This document shows positions 1 to 13,024 of a stretch of 64,000 nucleotides of DNA, in pieces. The first letter of the stretch is position 1. Each line of letters begins with the position of its first letter. The stretch spans positions 8,308,001-8,372,000 of the forward strand of contig OX597827.1 in the NCBI GenBank assembly GCA_951406725.2, read 5' to 3'. The position numbers were made by a program, and so were the translations under genes. Below the pieces are notes generated by a model. It was given only the letters and a program-made list of their open reading frames with translations. It was not told the origin of the DNA and made no database searches. The stretch is from Octopus vulgaris (Eukaryota).

Positions 1-463
1 TATGTACATTTAGATACAGTTAATCAAAAGACTAGGAAATCTACAAATTCCGATAAAGAACTGAATGTGTGAGGCATATGGAGTATGAGAAGCAAATTAT
101 GCATACATGTACATATATCACACACACACACTCACACACACACATGCACCTACACACTCACACATGTAAATATATATATATATATATATACACACACATG
201 CGCATGTGTGTATGTATATATATGTGGAGAGAGAGAGTAAGAAAGAGGCAGATAGACAGAGAGATATTGATATATTCATATACATATAAATATATGTATC
301 TACATATACATACATACATACACACACACATATATATATATATTTATACTTATATACATATATATCTAAATATTCATATATATATATGTGTGTATATGTA
401 TATGTATACATGTATTTACGCATCTATGTATAAATATATATACATACATATATACATACATAC

Positions 464-508
<45 letters not shown>

Positions 509-887
509 CTCGCATACATACGTACGTATATATATATATATATTTAATCACACATGTACGGCTAAGGATTGGCAGAAATCATCTGAGCATTGTACAAAAT
601 GCTTTACTGTATATATTGTTTTCTTTTTTTTTTTTTTACAGTTTGTATTCAAGTTTACATTCTATAGGGAGACTGAAGAGCTTCCTGAAGATCAGGGCTG
701 GTTTGTAGGTGCAATATTTGTAGGTAGGAGAAAGAATATTATCAAGACCATTGGCTTTACTGGTTGGGAGTGCCTACAAATGCATTCATACTAGGTACGT
801 ATGTGATGTGATATGATGCAACTGTTGGAATGAAAGAAGGTAATTTGGAAGGAAATTTACCTAGTTTTATTAATGTGCAATCCTCCT

Positions 888-1362
888 CATCATCATCGTT
901 TAACATCCGCTTTTCATGCTAGCATGGGTTGGACGATTTGACTGAGGACTGGTGAACCAGATGGCTGCACCAGTCTCCAATCTCGATCTGGCAGAGTTTC
1001 TACAGATGGATGCCCTTCCTAATGCCAACCACTCCGAGAGTGTAGCGGATGCTTTTACATGCCACCAGATGAGGGCCAGTCAGGTGGTACTGGCAATGGT
1101 GGCGAGCTGGCAGAAACGTTAGCACGCCGGGCGAAATGCGTAGCCGTATTTCGTCTGTCGTTACGTTCTGAGTTCAAATTCCTCCGAGGTCGACTTTGCC
1201 TTTCATCCTTTCGGGGTCGATAAATTAAGTACCAGTTACGCACTGGGGTCGATGTAATCGACTTAATCCCTTTGTCTGTCCTTGTTTGTCTTCTCTGTGT
1301 TTAGCCCCTTGTGGGTAGTAAAGAAATAGGTACTGGCAATGGCCATGCTCAAATGGTGCTTT
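888..1362 (-). mobile_element. Family A non-autonomous retroelement with RTE-like (GAT)n tail, interrupted by a SINE B insertion at 1098-1328
   Basis: Reverse complement of the copy at 9393-9672 (gttggcgttaggaagggcatccagc...cccatgctagcatggaaa...gttaaacgatgatg); the sequence resumes after 1328. Confidence 0.8.
1098..1328 (+). mobile_element. SINE family B (tRNA-like head, Deu/Nin-like central domain), full length with TSD
   Basis: A-box-like tggcagaaacgttag and B-box-like gagttcaaattcc; central gcctttcatcctttcggggtcgataaattaagtacc; 12-bp TSD ggtactggcaat at 1086-1097 and 1329-1340; near-identical copies at 41624, 43339 and 56959. Confidence 0.9.
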
Positions 1363-1646
1363 GTTAAATACAAAGTTGGTAGGAAATGTAAAGGTAAGGA
1401 ATGAGAGTATAAGATGAGCTGATGCACAGAATTGAAGAATACGAAAGATTCTATTTCTGTACCAGCTGAATTTATATGAAATGAGAGTGTGTCTACCAAA
1501 AAGAATTTCAAACATTGTTGTTACTGAAGATATTGACTTCACAGATGGGTGAAGTAAGATAGAGGTCCTCACTGGAAGTGATTTGAGGAACTTGGAGAAT
1601 GGTAGGAGTAGCAGATGTATTCGACGAAATGTGGGAGAGAGTCAAG

Positions 1647-1855
1647 GTGGTGAGCTCGCAGAATTATTAGCATGCCAGGCAAAATGCTTGGTGGCATTTT
1701 GTCCATCTTTACATTCTGAATTCAAATTCCACTGAAGGCAAATTTGCCTTCCATACTTTTAGGGTTGATAAGTGACAGTTGAGAACTGGGGTCAACATAA
1801 CTGACTTACTCCTTACCTGAAATTGCTGACCTTGTACCAGAATTTGGAACCAATA
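1647..1855 (+). mobile_element. Older diverged SINE B-related copy
   Basis: gtggtgagctcgcagaattattagcatgccaggcaaaatgc...gaattcaaattcc...gccttccatac aligns with the family B head and core. Confidence 0.7.
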
Positions 1856-1865
1856 TTTCTGTCTG

Positions 1866-1907
<42 letters not shown>

Positions 1908-2329
1908 GCTATCACCACTCTTTCCTCTTTCTCACATTACTCTTCTATCATTTATTATTAACATCCATCATCCTCTCTCACCCATCATTTTCCCATTTTC
2001 AATACCCCTTTTTTCAAACCTTATCTCCCTCCTAGAACTCCCTACTACACGCGTGCATGTGTGCGTGTTCCCCCAGTACTGCCATACAGGACATATCTAT
2101 TACTTAGCATTCAGAAAAGTAGGTTCAAATTCTGTACTGTATACCTTATGCAATAAATTTGTGAATAAGAAATGGAGTGGGATCTGAAGCAGAGGAGTAA
2201 TTAGTAGTATAAGGACCTATGAAATAAATTGTTTCAAATGCATTGTAATCTCACTAGAAAAGTTGACAGCTTCTAATTCTTTAGCTTCAACAGAAGTAGG
2301 GCTAAGTAGTGTGCAATTATACTAATTAT

Positions 2330-3240
2330 GGTAGGGACGGAGAGGAAAAAGTTCAAGAAGCTTGGCAATAAAGAGATTCTGTTCCCAAAGAAAGGACAAA
2401 GTTTATGATGTCTACATATTAAGGACTGTATTGTATGGGAGTTAAAATGTGGACCATTAATGTGAAAGATGGGTGAAGTAAGAATGCTTTTCTGGATGTG
2501 GAACATCCATGAATGAAGAAGCTCAAATGAGCTGAAAAGAAAAGAAAAAAAAGACATAAGTAGGAGTGGCTGTGTGGTAAGTAGCTTGCTAACCAACCAC
2601 ATGGTTCCGGGTTCAGTCCCACTGCGTGGCATCTTGGGCAAGTGTCTTCTGCTATAGCCCCGGGCCGACCAATGCCTTGTGAGTGGATTTGGTAGACGGA
2701 AACTGAAAGAAACCTGTCGTATATATGTATTTATATATATGTATGTGTGTGTGTGTCTGTGTTTGTCCCCCTAGCATTGCTTGATAACCGATGCTGGTGT
2801 GTTTACGTCCACGTCACTTAGCGGTTCAGCAAAAGAGACCGATAGAATAAGTACTGGACTTACAAAGAATAAGTCCCGGGGTCGATTTGCTCGACTAAAG
2901 GCGGTGCTCTAGCATGGCCGCAGTCAAATGACTGAAACAAGTAAAAGAGTAAAGAGAGTAAACCATATATTATGCAAATGAGAGAAGACTTAGCTGTTAT
3001 GGATTATGTGATGCATGCAGAGGAGGATGGTTGGGTGAAAGAAGAGCCAAGAGATTTGAGAGATAGATTATTGAAGGGAAAAAAATGACCAAGTAAGACA
3101 TGGGCAGAAGCAATGCAGGGTAACCTCAGAATGGTGAACTTCATTAAAGAGATGACGAGGGAACATAACAAGTCGTAAGACATTTTGTTAGAGTAGATGC
3201 ATCTAACCCATACCAGCATGGGAAAATTAACGTAAAAATG
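2330..3240 (+). mobile_element. Degraded RTE-clade LINE 3' fragment, interrupted by SINE C
   Basis: Remnants of LYGSETW-like (gtattgtatgggagttaaaatgtgg) and RPxKTW-like (ccaagtaagacatgg) motifs; tail acccataccagcatgg...cgtaaaaatga shared with family A. Confidence 0.6.
2561..2960 (+). mobile_element. SINE family C (tRNA-like head, internal TA/TG microsatellite, (GTAAAAGA)n tail)
   Basis: tggctgtgtggtaag A box, gggttcagtccc B box; many near-identical copies in the window. Confidence 0.9.
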
Positions 3241-3302
3241 AGAATGAGGAAGATAATGATTATATGTGTATATGTGTGCATGTGTGCATATATAATGCGT
3301 GC

Positions 3303-3339
<37 letters not shown>

Positions 3340-3341
<2 letters not shown>

Positions 3342-3481
3342 AATTAAACTTAAATGTTGAAGTGAATCGAACGGCTTTTGTGTGTTTCTTAAATGGCTTA
3401 TAAACACCTTCAACGCTGCAATTGTTTTCGTTTCAGCACACGATCTCAGATCAAATTACTTGCTATGCGAGTACATCTCCG

Positions 3482-3484
<3 letters not shown>
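3340..3484 (+). mobile_element. 3' tail fragment of the Penelope-like hairpin element seen at 47666 and 50161, inside (TA)n
   Basis: Matches the right arm plus tail 47842-47988 (caaattaaa...ttaaatggcttataaacaccttcaacgctgcaa...cacgatctcagatc); flanked by (TA)n on both sides. Confidence 0.75.
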
Positions 3485-3551
<67 letters not shown>

Positions 3552-3604
3552 TTGCATACACATATATGTATAAACATAGTCCTGTGTGTGTGTGTGTGTG
3601 TGTG

Positions 3605-3639
<35 letters not shown>

Positions 3640-3949
3640 TGTGTGTGTATAATTGTGTGTGTGCATGCATGTTTATGAACTAAAGTAAATAATTAGGATG
3701 CAGGTATTCAATAAAGCTTATAGAAGAAAATAAAGAAGCAGATGATAACTATTTTAGAGACAAAAGTTAAAATGAAATGCAAATGGAGAGTAAAAGCAGT
3801 TGATTTATAATGTTTCTGCAATATGAAACAAGTATTCAGTACATTAGATTAGGGAAAAAAATGTTTAACAACTCATACATATAGACAGACATACCTGTAA
3901 CATGAATACCTTGTTATTTATTCTTCCTTCTCTCTCTTCACACGCACAT

Positions 3950-3982
3950 ATACATACATACATACATACATACATACATACA

Positions 3983-4018
<36 letters not shown>

Positions 4019-4123
4019 TACATACATATACACATATATATATATATATACATATATATATACATATATATATATATACATATATATATATACATATATA
4101 TATACATATATGTATATATATAC

Positions 4124-4168
<45 letters not shown>

Positions 4169-4169
4169 C

Positions 4170-4211
<42 letters not shown>

Positions 4212-4215
4212 TACT
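3950..4215. repeat. Compound (TACA)n/(TA)n microsatellite
   Basis: Directly visible; source of several spurious YI/MYVC ORFs. Confidence 0.95.
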
Positions 4216-5077
4216 TATATGCATGCACAAACACATGCCATACACACACATATACATACAACTAGTATTCATGCACACAAATATTCATATATATATATTT
4301 TTTGTGTGTGTATACCTAGAAGCAGATTTATAATTTGTGCAAGATGTATTATATGAATAGCCAATAAATAATTCTAGCTGTTAAAGATAAGTTATAATTT
4401 CTTTTCAGACTAACAAGGAAAAAAAATTGACCTAAAGGTTTTCTGTTCACATAGATATTATTTCTTTGAAGATAGATATTTATAATGAGAATATAGAGTT
4501 AAGTCTTGAGGGGATAAGAATTATTGTGATTATCATCAATAATTTGAAGGAAATTGTTGCTTTAAGCATATTTTAACCCTATATAAAATCTGTACACAAA
4601 AATTGGATCCAACTATTTTATAAAAACCTAGATGATGACATATAGAAAAATGAGTGTTATTGGAAGAAATAACATACACAGTTATGAAGGTTAAAAGAGA
4701 GTTAAGCATATGTTGCAGTTAAAAAATTAGACTATTACATCTGTCGGTTTTAATGCTGGTATCATAAAAAAATAATTCTTTATTTTTTAATGGCTCATTC
4801 GGAGGTAAAAAGACTATGGTGGAACAGCCAATTAACTATCATAATCTCCTTGATTTCAAAACATTGGCTCCTTCCTGCATACCTTCATGCAAATTACTAT
4901 TATTTTTGTAGGTAATTTAGCATCTGAAATAAAACTTACAAGAATTCTTTGTAGTCCCCGTTTTGCTGAGACAAACTTTTACTCCACTTCTCATATTCAT
5001 TTAACTGTATAATTAACTAAGGAAATAATTAGAAACTGAAGAATGGTCTGCTCTTGAACTGGCTTTTCATGGCTTAA

Positions 5078-5274
5078 CCTTTGGCATTTAGATGTAATGC
5101 TTTTTTATTTTGAATTGATCATATATTATCTCATAACTTTGAGATTTTGATGAAGTGATTGTTTATTTTTAGAATGACATTGTAGTTTAGGTATGAGAAG
5201 CCTGATCTGGTCAGTTTGAACTTAAAACATGAAGAATATTTGGGCCAGATATGGCCAGTTTAAATGCTAAAGGG
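5078..5274. mobile_element. TTAA-flanked MITE with CC(C)T...AGGG ends (piggyBac-like termini)
   Basis: ttaa|cctttggcatt ... aatgctaaaggg|ttaa; related copies at 53276, ~59395 and 61481. Confidence 0.7.
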
Positions 5275-5312
5275 TTAAAAAAAACAGTCATAAATCATTT
5301 GCAAGTATTCTT

Positions 5313-5813
5313 ATGTCCCCAAAGTCCATCCCCTCCTCACCGTGGTGGGGACACTGGCAACGGGTAGTGTCAGATCTATGCCATCGGGAACTTCGGTTCC
5401 ATGTAGGGCCACCCAAGGCGGATTGGTCTGACACCAAGTGGTATTAGGGTCACAACCTGGCAGACAGGGCTCTGGTGAAAATCCTCGGAGTGACTGTTTC
5501 GGCAACCGGCGGCTCCTCGGTCATTCTGTCCCTGCGTCTGCGGACAATCTGCGGCAAACAGGATGTCTCTACATGCGGGATTGTTGGGGACCACTTATGA
5601 AATCCACATATTCCCACGAAACTTCTTCCATGAATTCTCAATGACCGCAGGTGGTTAGCCTGCGCCGATGGAACCATGACTGGCTCGCTATCTCCAGTAA
5701 ACTGGCACAGGACCGTCGTGCATGGGCTGCCATGGTTCGAGATGCCTCAAGGGTTGTAGAAGAAGCCAACTGAACCCGCCCAGGGTAAATGTCACCACAA
5801 GTACAAGTAAGTA
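5313..5813 (+). mobile_element. GC-rich RTE-clade LINE-derived fragment with (CAAGTA)-type tail
   Basis: 3' part translates LRRWNHDWLAISSKLAQDRRAWAAMVRDA (AQDRxxW is an RTE C-terminal motif); ends caagtacaagtaagta; sharp GC rise against the flanks. Confidence 0.65.
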
Positions 5814-6017
5814 GTAAATATTCTTACTAATGGCTGTTTAATCTGTTTGACCAAATCAAGTTCCTTCCGAAACTTTACTCATTATTTCATTTTTTCACTT
5901 TAACACGACACAGATACCTACAATTGTTTTCATTCTTCTCCATTCATTTCCCCTTGCTTAACTCATTCCTTGTGCCTCCTCTCAGCAGAGAATCAATAAT
6001 GGTAGAATTTGAATGAT

Positions 6018-6410
6018 AGGCGCAGGAGTGGCTGTGTGGTAAGTAGCTTGCTAACCAACCACATGGTTCCGGGTTCAGTCCCACTGCGTGGCATCTTGGG
6101 CAAGTGTCTTTTACTATAGCCTCGGGCCGACCAAAGCCTTGTGAGTGGATTTGGTAGATGGAAACTGAAAGAAGCCCGTCGTATATATGTATATATATGT
6201 GTGTGTGTGTTTGTCCCCCTAGCATTGCTTGACAACCGATGCTGGTGTGTTTACGTCCCCATCACTTAGCGGTTCGGCAAAAGAGACCAATAGAATAAGT
6301 ACTGGGCTTACAAAGAATAAGTCCCAGGGTCGATTTGCTCGACTAAAGGCGGTGCTCCAGCATGGCCGCAGTCAAATGACTGAAACAAGTAAAAGAGTAA
6401 AGAGAGAGTA
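6018..6410 (+). mobile_element. SINE family C, full length
   Basis: Starts aggcgcaggagtggctgtgtgg, ends gaaacaagtaaaagagtaaagag. Confidence 0.9.
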
Positions 6411-6834
6411 TCCAGTAAATGGCTGCTTTCAATGGACATTTTTGAGTAGAATCTGATTATAACAATAATATATTTTGATAGAATCAGAAAACTGACAAGG
6501 AAAAATTGCCTTATGACATTTTCATTTGATTCTTTTAGATTTCTGAGTCCCAAATTCTGCCAAGGTTGATGTTGCCTTTCAATTTCTAAGTCAATAAAAA
6601 AAGCGGTAGTCAAGTACTTGGATAAATTTAAAGAATTGTGCCATACTCACAAGCATGTATGACCTTGTATTTCTCTCCATTATACTTGCAAAATGATGAA
6701 ACTGTCTCACATATATTTCATTTAGAGCTGATAGGTAAGTTTATATTCAACAATAGTCAACTGAACACATTGTGAAAGGTGAACCTCTGTCAAGAGTTTT
6801 ATCTCTGTTTAATGACTGAGGCAAAGAAAGTTGT

Positions 6835-7325
6835 ATAATATATATAATGAAATTATTGTATACAGTGATCAGGTGCACCACAACTTGTCAGAAAGTGCAT
6901 ATAGAGTATATGCAGTAATGTACAAATGTCTGGAAAGTGAACAATGTATGAGTCAGATACATGCTTGCGTGTGTATGGAGGGGAGAAAATCAGGTGTAGT
7001 GTTGGCGAATCTCAGAAAGTATGGAAGTTTTGAAGGATACAGTGCTCCGAGAACTAACAACTGATGCCAGCAGTTTGTTCCATGCTTCAGCAACTCTCAG
7101 CGTGGAAAAATGTTTCCTAAAGTCATGGGAGCTGTGCTGTTTTCTGACTTTGTAAATATGTCCACGGGTGTTAGACGGGTGGAGTTTGAAAAGGTGCTCA
7201 GAGTTATTGTTTGTAAGATGGTTGATAATTTTATGGGTGTCTGCCAAGTCAGCTGCCAGACGTCGGAGTTTCAATGTGTCCATGCCCAGAGAAGTAAGGC
7301 GTTCAGAATATGGCAAATGCGTGGT
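6835..7325 (-). mobile_element. CR1-clade LINE 3' fragment (ORF2 C-terminus plus 3' UTR)
   Basis: ORF 6990-7316: YSERLTSLGMDTLKLRRLAADL...TRGHIYKV...RKHFSTLRVAEAWNKL...SFK follows the CR1 pattern YEERL..L...RRLRGDL..TRGH..FFS.RVV..WN.LP. Confidence 0.85.
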
Positions 7326-7700
7326 TGAAAAGTTTGAAGACTGATATTTCTTTCAGATTAATCCCTCATCAAACACTTGATGGAAAAATAGTGGTAAAAG
7401 TGAAGAAGGAAAGGGTGAGGGGATGAAACGGAGGGATTAAAGAGGTTAGAGAGAGAGATATGATGCCCATGTATGTGGTGAAATTGGCATGATTAAATGC
7501 ACCCACATTAGTCTTGTAGCTGAGGCTGGAAGCAAGAATTTGGAGAAGGCATTGGTTTTTGGTGAGTCAGAGTAATCCAAGCTTACATATGTAGTGTGCC
7601 CCACATCACTCCAATAGTTGAACCTTCCTGTCAAGGAACCATTTCTTTTTCATATATTCTTCTGAACTATTAGTTCTAGCTGTCTGTCTGTCTGTCTGTC

Positions 7701-7751
<51 letters not shown>

Positions 7752-9392
7752 CATTATCATGTTCCATTTGTTTCCCGCTTTTCTCCTAAAATTAATATAT
7801 TAGTGTCAACTGAAACAACTGTTCCCCCAAATATGTGTAAATTCTCAAGAATTATCTTTTGGGGGATCAAATTCAATTCTGTGAATTCTTGATAAACTGA
7901 AGTTCCTTAGAGTCCATATAAATCAATCAATCCGGCAAGCCATCTTCTATGAAATCTAAACTGTCACTCACACTTCAACCTGGAAATTATATTTTTGAAC
8001 TGTATAACCCCAGCCTTCTCTGTCCTACTTAATCTCTCATTCTTGCCTTTCTACACAGACAGACACACACATCTTCACACTCACATACATCTACGTGCAC
8101 ACACACACACACACACTCATATCCATATGCCTACTCTTGCATAGACATACACACATACATACATATATTTGTATCTCTCTTTCAAACTTTGTTCCTCTTT
8201 GATTTGAAGTTGTTTTTTTTTTTTTTTTTTGTTGTGGTCCTTAGCAAATGAAGAAACCACCACTGCTACCACTACTATCACCATCGTTATCATTATCACC
8301 ACTGCCACCACTTGTATCGCTATAACAACAACAGCAATAACAATAACAATAACAATTTATTTATTGATTTTTGTTTTAAACACCACTACCTCATCATCTT
8401 CATCATCCTCATCATTATTATCATCACTATCATGTTTTTATTGTTATTTAGCCTCATTTCAATCTTGACTGAGTAGATTTATAATGAAAAGCAACATTCA
8501 CGACACCATCTTTCTACTTTCTCTCAGCAGTAATATACCCCAGGCAAGGTTATTCAATGTGTCTTTTTTTTTTCTAAGATAGTAGAATAAAAGTTGAAGG
8601 AAATTGGCTGCTAATTCTAGTAGGATGATTATCTACTTAGAGACCCCTCTATGCTCTTGGCATTGCTGATTTTCTTGGCATCAGCAGTTTTCCTTAAAAT
8701 TCATAGCAAAGATACATTACTCTACAAGTGTGATGTTGCAAAGTTGACAACATTTTCAGTAACATGTAAAATATTTGATGGCATAAAAGACACGTGAGCA
8801 TAAAAGAGGCACCCAAATTTCAGCAGTATTTATTCAGAGCATTAAATATTATGCATGTCTCAGAGATTTACATGTAGGAGCTTTTTTTGAGATATTTTGA
8901 ATATAAAATGGATATTACATGTCATCGAATACAGTCTTTACAATTTTCAAGTTTTGGGTTTGATTAAGAAATTATTATGATATGCTTACTGTTAGTTTTG
9001 AAGATGAATCAAATTATTTGTCTTGTAGATAGATAGACAGACAGACAGACAGATAGATAGATAGACAGATAGATAAATAGGCAAACAGATATACATATAT
9101 TTACATATGTGTGTGTGTGTGTGTGTGTCTGTGTGTATCTGTGGGCATGTATCACTATATGATAGGTACCTGTGCACATTCTACTCATAAAGTGATTGGT
9201 CAGTTAAAGATTTAGTTAATGACACTTGCCCAAGAGGTCATACATGAAACCAAACCTCAGAACTACTCATCAGCAAAGTAAGCATTTTAACCACATGTCT
9301 GTGTTTAAATTTTTTGTGTAATCTCTTATCTTAAGCTTTTCACTGGTATTCAAGAACTCCAATCTCACAGATTATAACAAATAAATCATTAC

Positions 9393-9672
9393 CAACGTCG
9401 CCTTACTGGCATCTGTGCTAGTGGCATGTGTAAAATGATTCGAGCGAGGTCATTGCCAGTACCACCTGACTGGCCCCAATGCCGGTGGCATGTAAAAGGT
9501 ACCCACTACACTCTCGGAATGGTTGGCGTTAGGAAGGACATCCAGCTGTAGAAACTGCCAAATCAAGATTGGAGTCTGGTGCAGCCATCTGGTTCGCCAA
9601 CCCTCAGTCAAAATCATCCAACCCATGCTAGCATGGAAAGTGGACGTTAAACGATGATGTTGATGATAATGA
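9393..9672 (+). mobile_element. Family A RTE-tailed repeat
   Basis: Matches 34654-35092; ends gttaaacgatgatg. Confidence 0.8.
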
Positions 9673-10933
9673 TGTTGAAATACCTCCTGGCATGTTGCTA
9701 TATCTTTTTGTCCGAAAAACCGAGGTAGATAATAATAAAAATTAGGTAAAAGAATATTCTATGCGACATTATATACCATTGTTTGGAAATGAAACTAATT
9801 TTTCTGATTTACTCGATCCACAAACTAAAAGGAAAACCTTCACATAGGAACAAGCAGTTTAACATTTACTGGCAAATAAGCAAATCATCACTTAGCTATA
9901 ACCTATACTGTATGACACAAACTATTAGGTTCATCCTCTCTTGAGATTAAACAAACAACTCCCCTTCATCCTCAATAGATTTAAACAACTCTGCATTGTT
10001 ATTTAATTATTACTAACTAAAACTATATTTTAAGTCAACTTCTGATGTTTCTCTTTTACTGCCAAAATGGTTAGTGAGGAATAATATCATGTTTCTGTTA
10101 CAGGCTGAGATTTCAATAGAATTTACGAATTTACCTTCACCATCATCTCAAAGGAGATGGTCTATTTACAGCTTGCTGGTCACCATAATTTTTATTGTTG
10201 TTGCTTTAGTTTTATTTTATACTTTTTGTTAATATTTCTTCTCACTTCAAACTGCTTTATACATCTATATGCAAATGCCTTTAGTTCTATAGATTCCAAA
10301 AGCTTGTACACTGCTTATTTGAATTCCAGATATTGAAAACTGAAGATAGCTGATAACATCCTGTCATAGTTGACTACACCAGACACAGCTTCCTTCCTTC
10401 GTGAGAATGATATCCATTGAATGTTATGACACACAGATATCAGCAGAGTACAAGGACTCTTATTTTTCAACAACACAATGCCTACTGTCCAACCACACAA
10501 GATATATAGGAGGAAAAAAAAACAGCAGCATTCACACTTCAGTAAACAAAGTTCTATTTCAGTGAAGAAAGAAAGGGAAAAAAATAAAAGGAAAAAAAAA
10601 AAACCGGATCTGTTAATAACTCCCTTACAACAAAGCCTGCAATTGAAGAAAAATGAGAAGGAAAATAAGAAGGAGAGAACAAAAAAAAAAAACTGCTAAC
10701 AAACAATAAAATACTTGATTATATGTATCCATCGAAATTCATGTGAAGATAACATACAAACATGCAGAGAATCTTTCATATGAAAACCTCTAGATAAATA
10801 TTGGTATGTGTATGGTTGCAAAGAGAAGGAGGCATAAAATATATTCGCAAAAAAATATGCATCAAAAAATATAAAATGTGACTAAGGATATATGTATGCA
10901 TGTGTGTGAATATATGTATATACACACACACAT

Positions 10934-11061
<128 letters not shown>

Positions 11062-11336
11062 GTTCACATATGTATATGTATGCATGTGCTTCCTTCTGTG
11101 TGTGTATGTGCGTGTTTCTATTTGTCTGTATGCAGTGAAGAAAATATCCTCTATTTCTGTTAGAGACCGAAACACGTATAATTTTGCATATACAGATATG
11201 AAACAGAATAGATTTGTGTATATGTCTTTATTTATTCAAAATAATGTAATACATACATACAAGCATGTATATAAATGTGTGTGTGTTTATATATAGATGT
11301 GTGTGTATATATATATATATATATGTATATACATAT

Positions 11337-11374
<38 letters not shown>

Positions 11375-11619
11375 AACTTTTGTTTGTAACCAAATACATA
11401 TATTTATATATCCATGTGTAAGAAAGTTGTGGAAGAGGAAGGCTGAGGAAAAGTTGAGAAGAAGAGGTAAAGGTGATCTCAGAATGCTAAATCTCACAGA
11501 AAAGGTGCAAAAAGACTAGAAAAATGGAGAAGTTCTGTGTTAGAAAAGACTCATCCAAAACATGCAGGTAGAAAAAAACTAAATACATGGAGATGGTGTT
11601 GACAATGATTACACACACA

Positions 11620-11661
<42 letters not shown>

Positions 11662-11691
11662 ATAAATGTGTATATATACATATATATATAT

Positions 11692-11900
11692 ATCATCATC
11701 ATCAGCATCATGCAACGTCCATTGTCCATGCTGGCATGGGTTGGATGGTTCGACTGGGATGGCATGCTGGAAGGCTGCACCAATCTCCAGTCCAATTTGG
11801 CATGGTTCTCTATGGCTGGATGCCCTTCCTAATGCCAACCGCTCTGAGAGTGGAATGGCTACTTTTACATGCCACCAGCATGGGTACCAATTTGCACGAC
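11692..11900 (-). mobile_element. Diverged family A copy
   Basis: catcatcatc...ccatgctggcatgggttgga...gctggatgcccttcctaatgccaacc. Confidence 0.7.
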
Positions 11901-12081
11901 ACTGGTATCTACCATGACTGTGATTTTGCTAAGCTTGATGGCTCTTCTTCTCAAGCATGACATAATGCCAAAGGTCTTGGTTGTTACCTCCATGAGGCCC
12001 AACACTCGAAAGGAACTCAGCCACCTTACCTCCATGAGGCATGTATGTATGAATGTATGAATCTATCTATACATACATACA

Positions 12082-12947
12082 CAGGGTGCTGTGAATAAAC
12101 TGTCGTTTAAATTATGCAAAAATGAAAATGACACTACCCTCTCATTTTAACATATATTTACTAAAATTAAATAAAAATATCTTGAAATACTAAATAGTAA
12201 ATTTATTCAATAAAATAGCCATTGGCTTCAATAAAGGCCTTTAGACGACTTTGGAATCTTCTGCAACTCTTCTGGACGGTCTCCTTGTTTAAGTTGGTGG
12301 ATGTTGTCCTAATCCTTGCCTTCAGTTCATCTTTGGTGTTACAAGGAGTTTTGTTGGTCTCTCACTCAACTGCACCCCACATATAATAATCAGTGGGTTG
12401 CAGTCTGGAGAGTTAGGTGGCCAAGTATTAGGAGTGATGTGGCTTCAGAAATTGTCTGACGGCCATGACTGTATTCTCCTGCTTGTGTGGCATGATGCAG
12501 AGTTCTGTTTCCAGACATAGGATCTTCCAACAGCCACCCTCTTGACGCAGGGCAGCATAACCTCCTTCAGGCAGTTGATGTAGACCATGTAGGAAGATGA
12601 ATGGTGGCTTAACGTTGCCATCACTAGTTATCATTCCAGACACCATGATGTTGACTAGATGTTTGATTTTGATCACTCTCAGTACATGTCCTCAGATTGC
12701 ACCATCCTCAGATTGACACCCAAACACACTGAAATGTTTACATTGGAGCTTCTGGCATGAATGCCAAGCAGTACAGCATGTCACTTCCAAATTTCTGGCA
12801 GAGTGAATTGCGTCATGGTGCTGTTTTTCTCACAGACAGTGCCCAACTGACTCTACAATACTGTGTAGTCGACAAAATCAAAAATAAACAATGTGCTTGC
12901 ATGAAATTAATAATATAAAACAGCAACAATTTATCCATCTCACCCTG
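12082..12947 (-). mobile_element. Tc1/mariner-superfamily transposon relic (SPDxNPLDY type, DD37D/maT-like), internally deleted
   Basis: Imperfect TIRs cagggtg...caccctg followed by TA; minus strand gives GMITSDGNVKPPFIF, TPNTWPPNSPDCNPL/DYYMWGAVE and a C-terminal RFQSRLKAFIEANGYFIE, with frameshifts. Confidence 0.85.
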
Positions 12948-12961
12948 TATATATATATATA

Positions 12962-13024
<63 letters not shown>

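Noticed and set aside
69-794. 241-aa ORF and the many other YI/HT/CV/MYVC-rich ORFs
   Set aside because: Translations of TA, CA and TACA microsatellites, which lack stops in most frames.
10315-10500. Non-repetitive ORF-like segment
   Set aside because: No recognisable motif or consistent splice-site pair.
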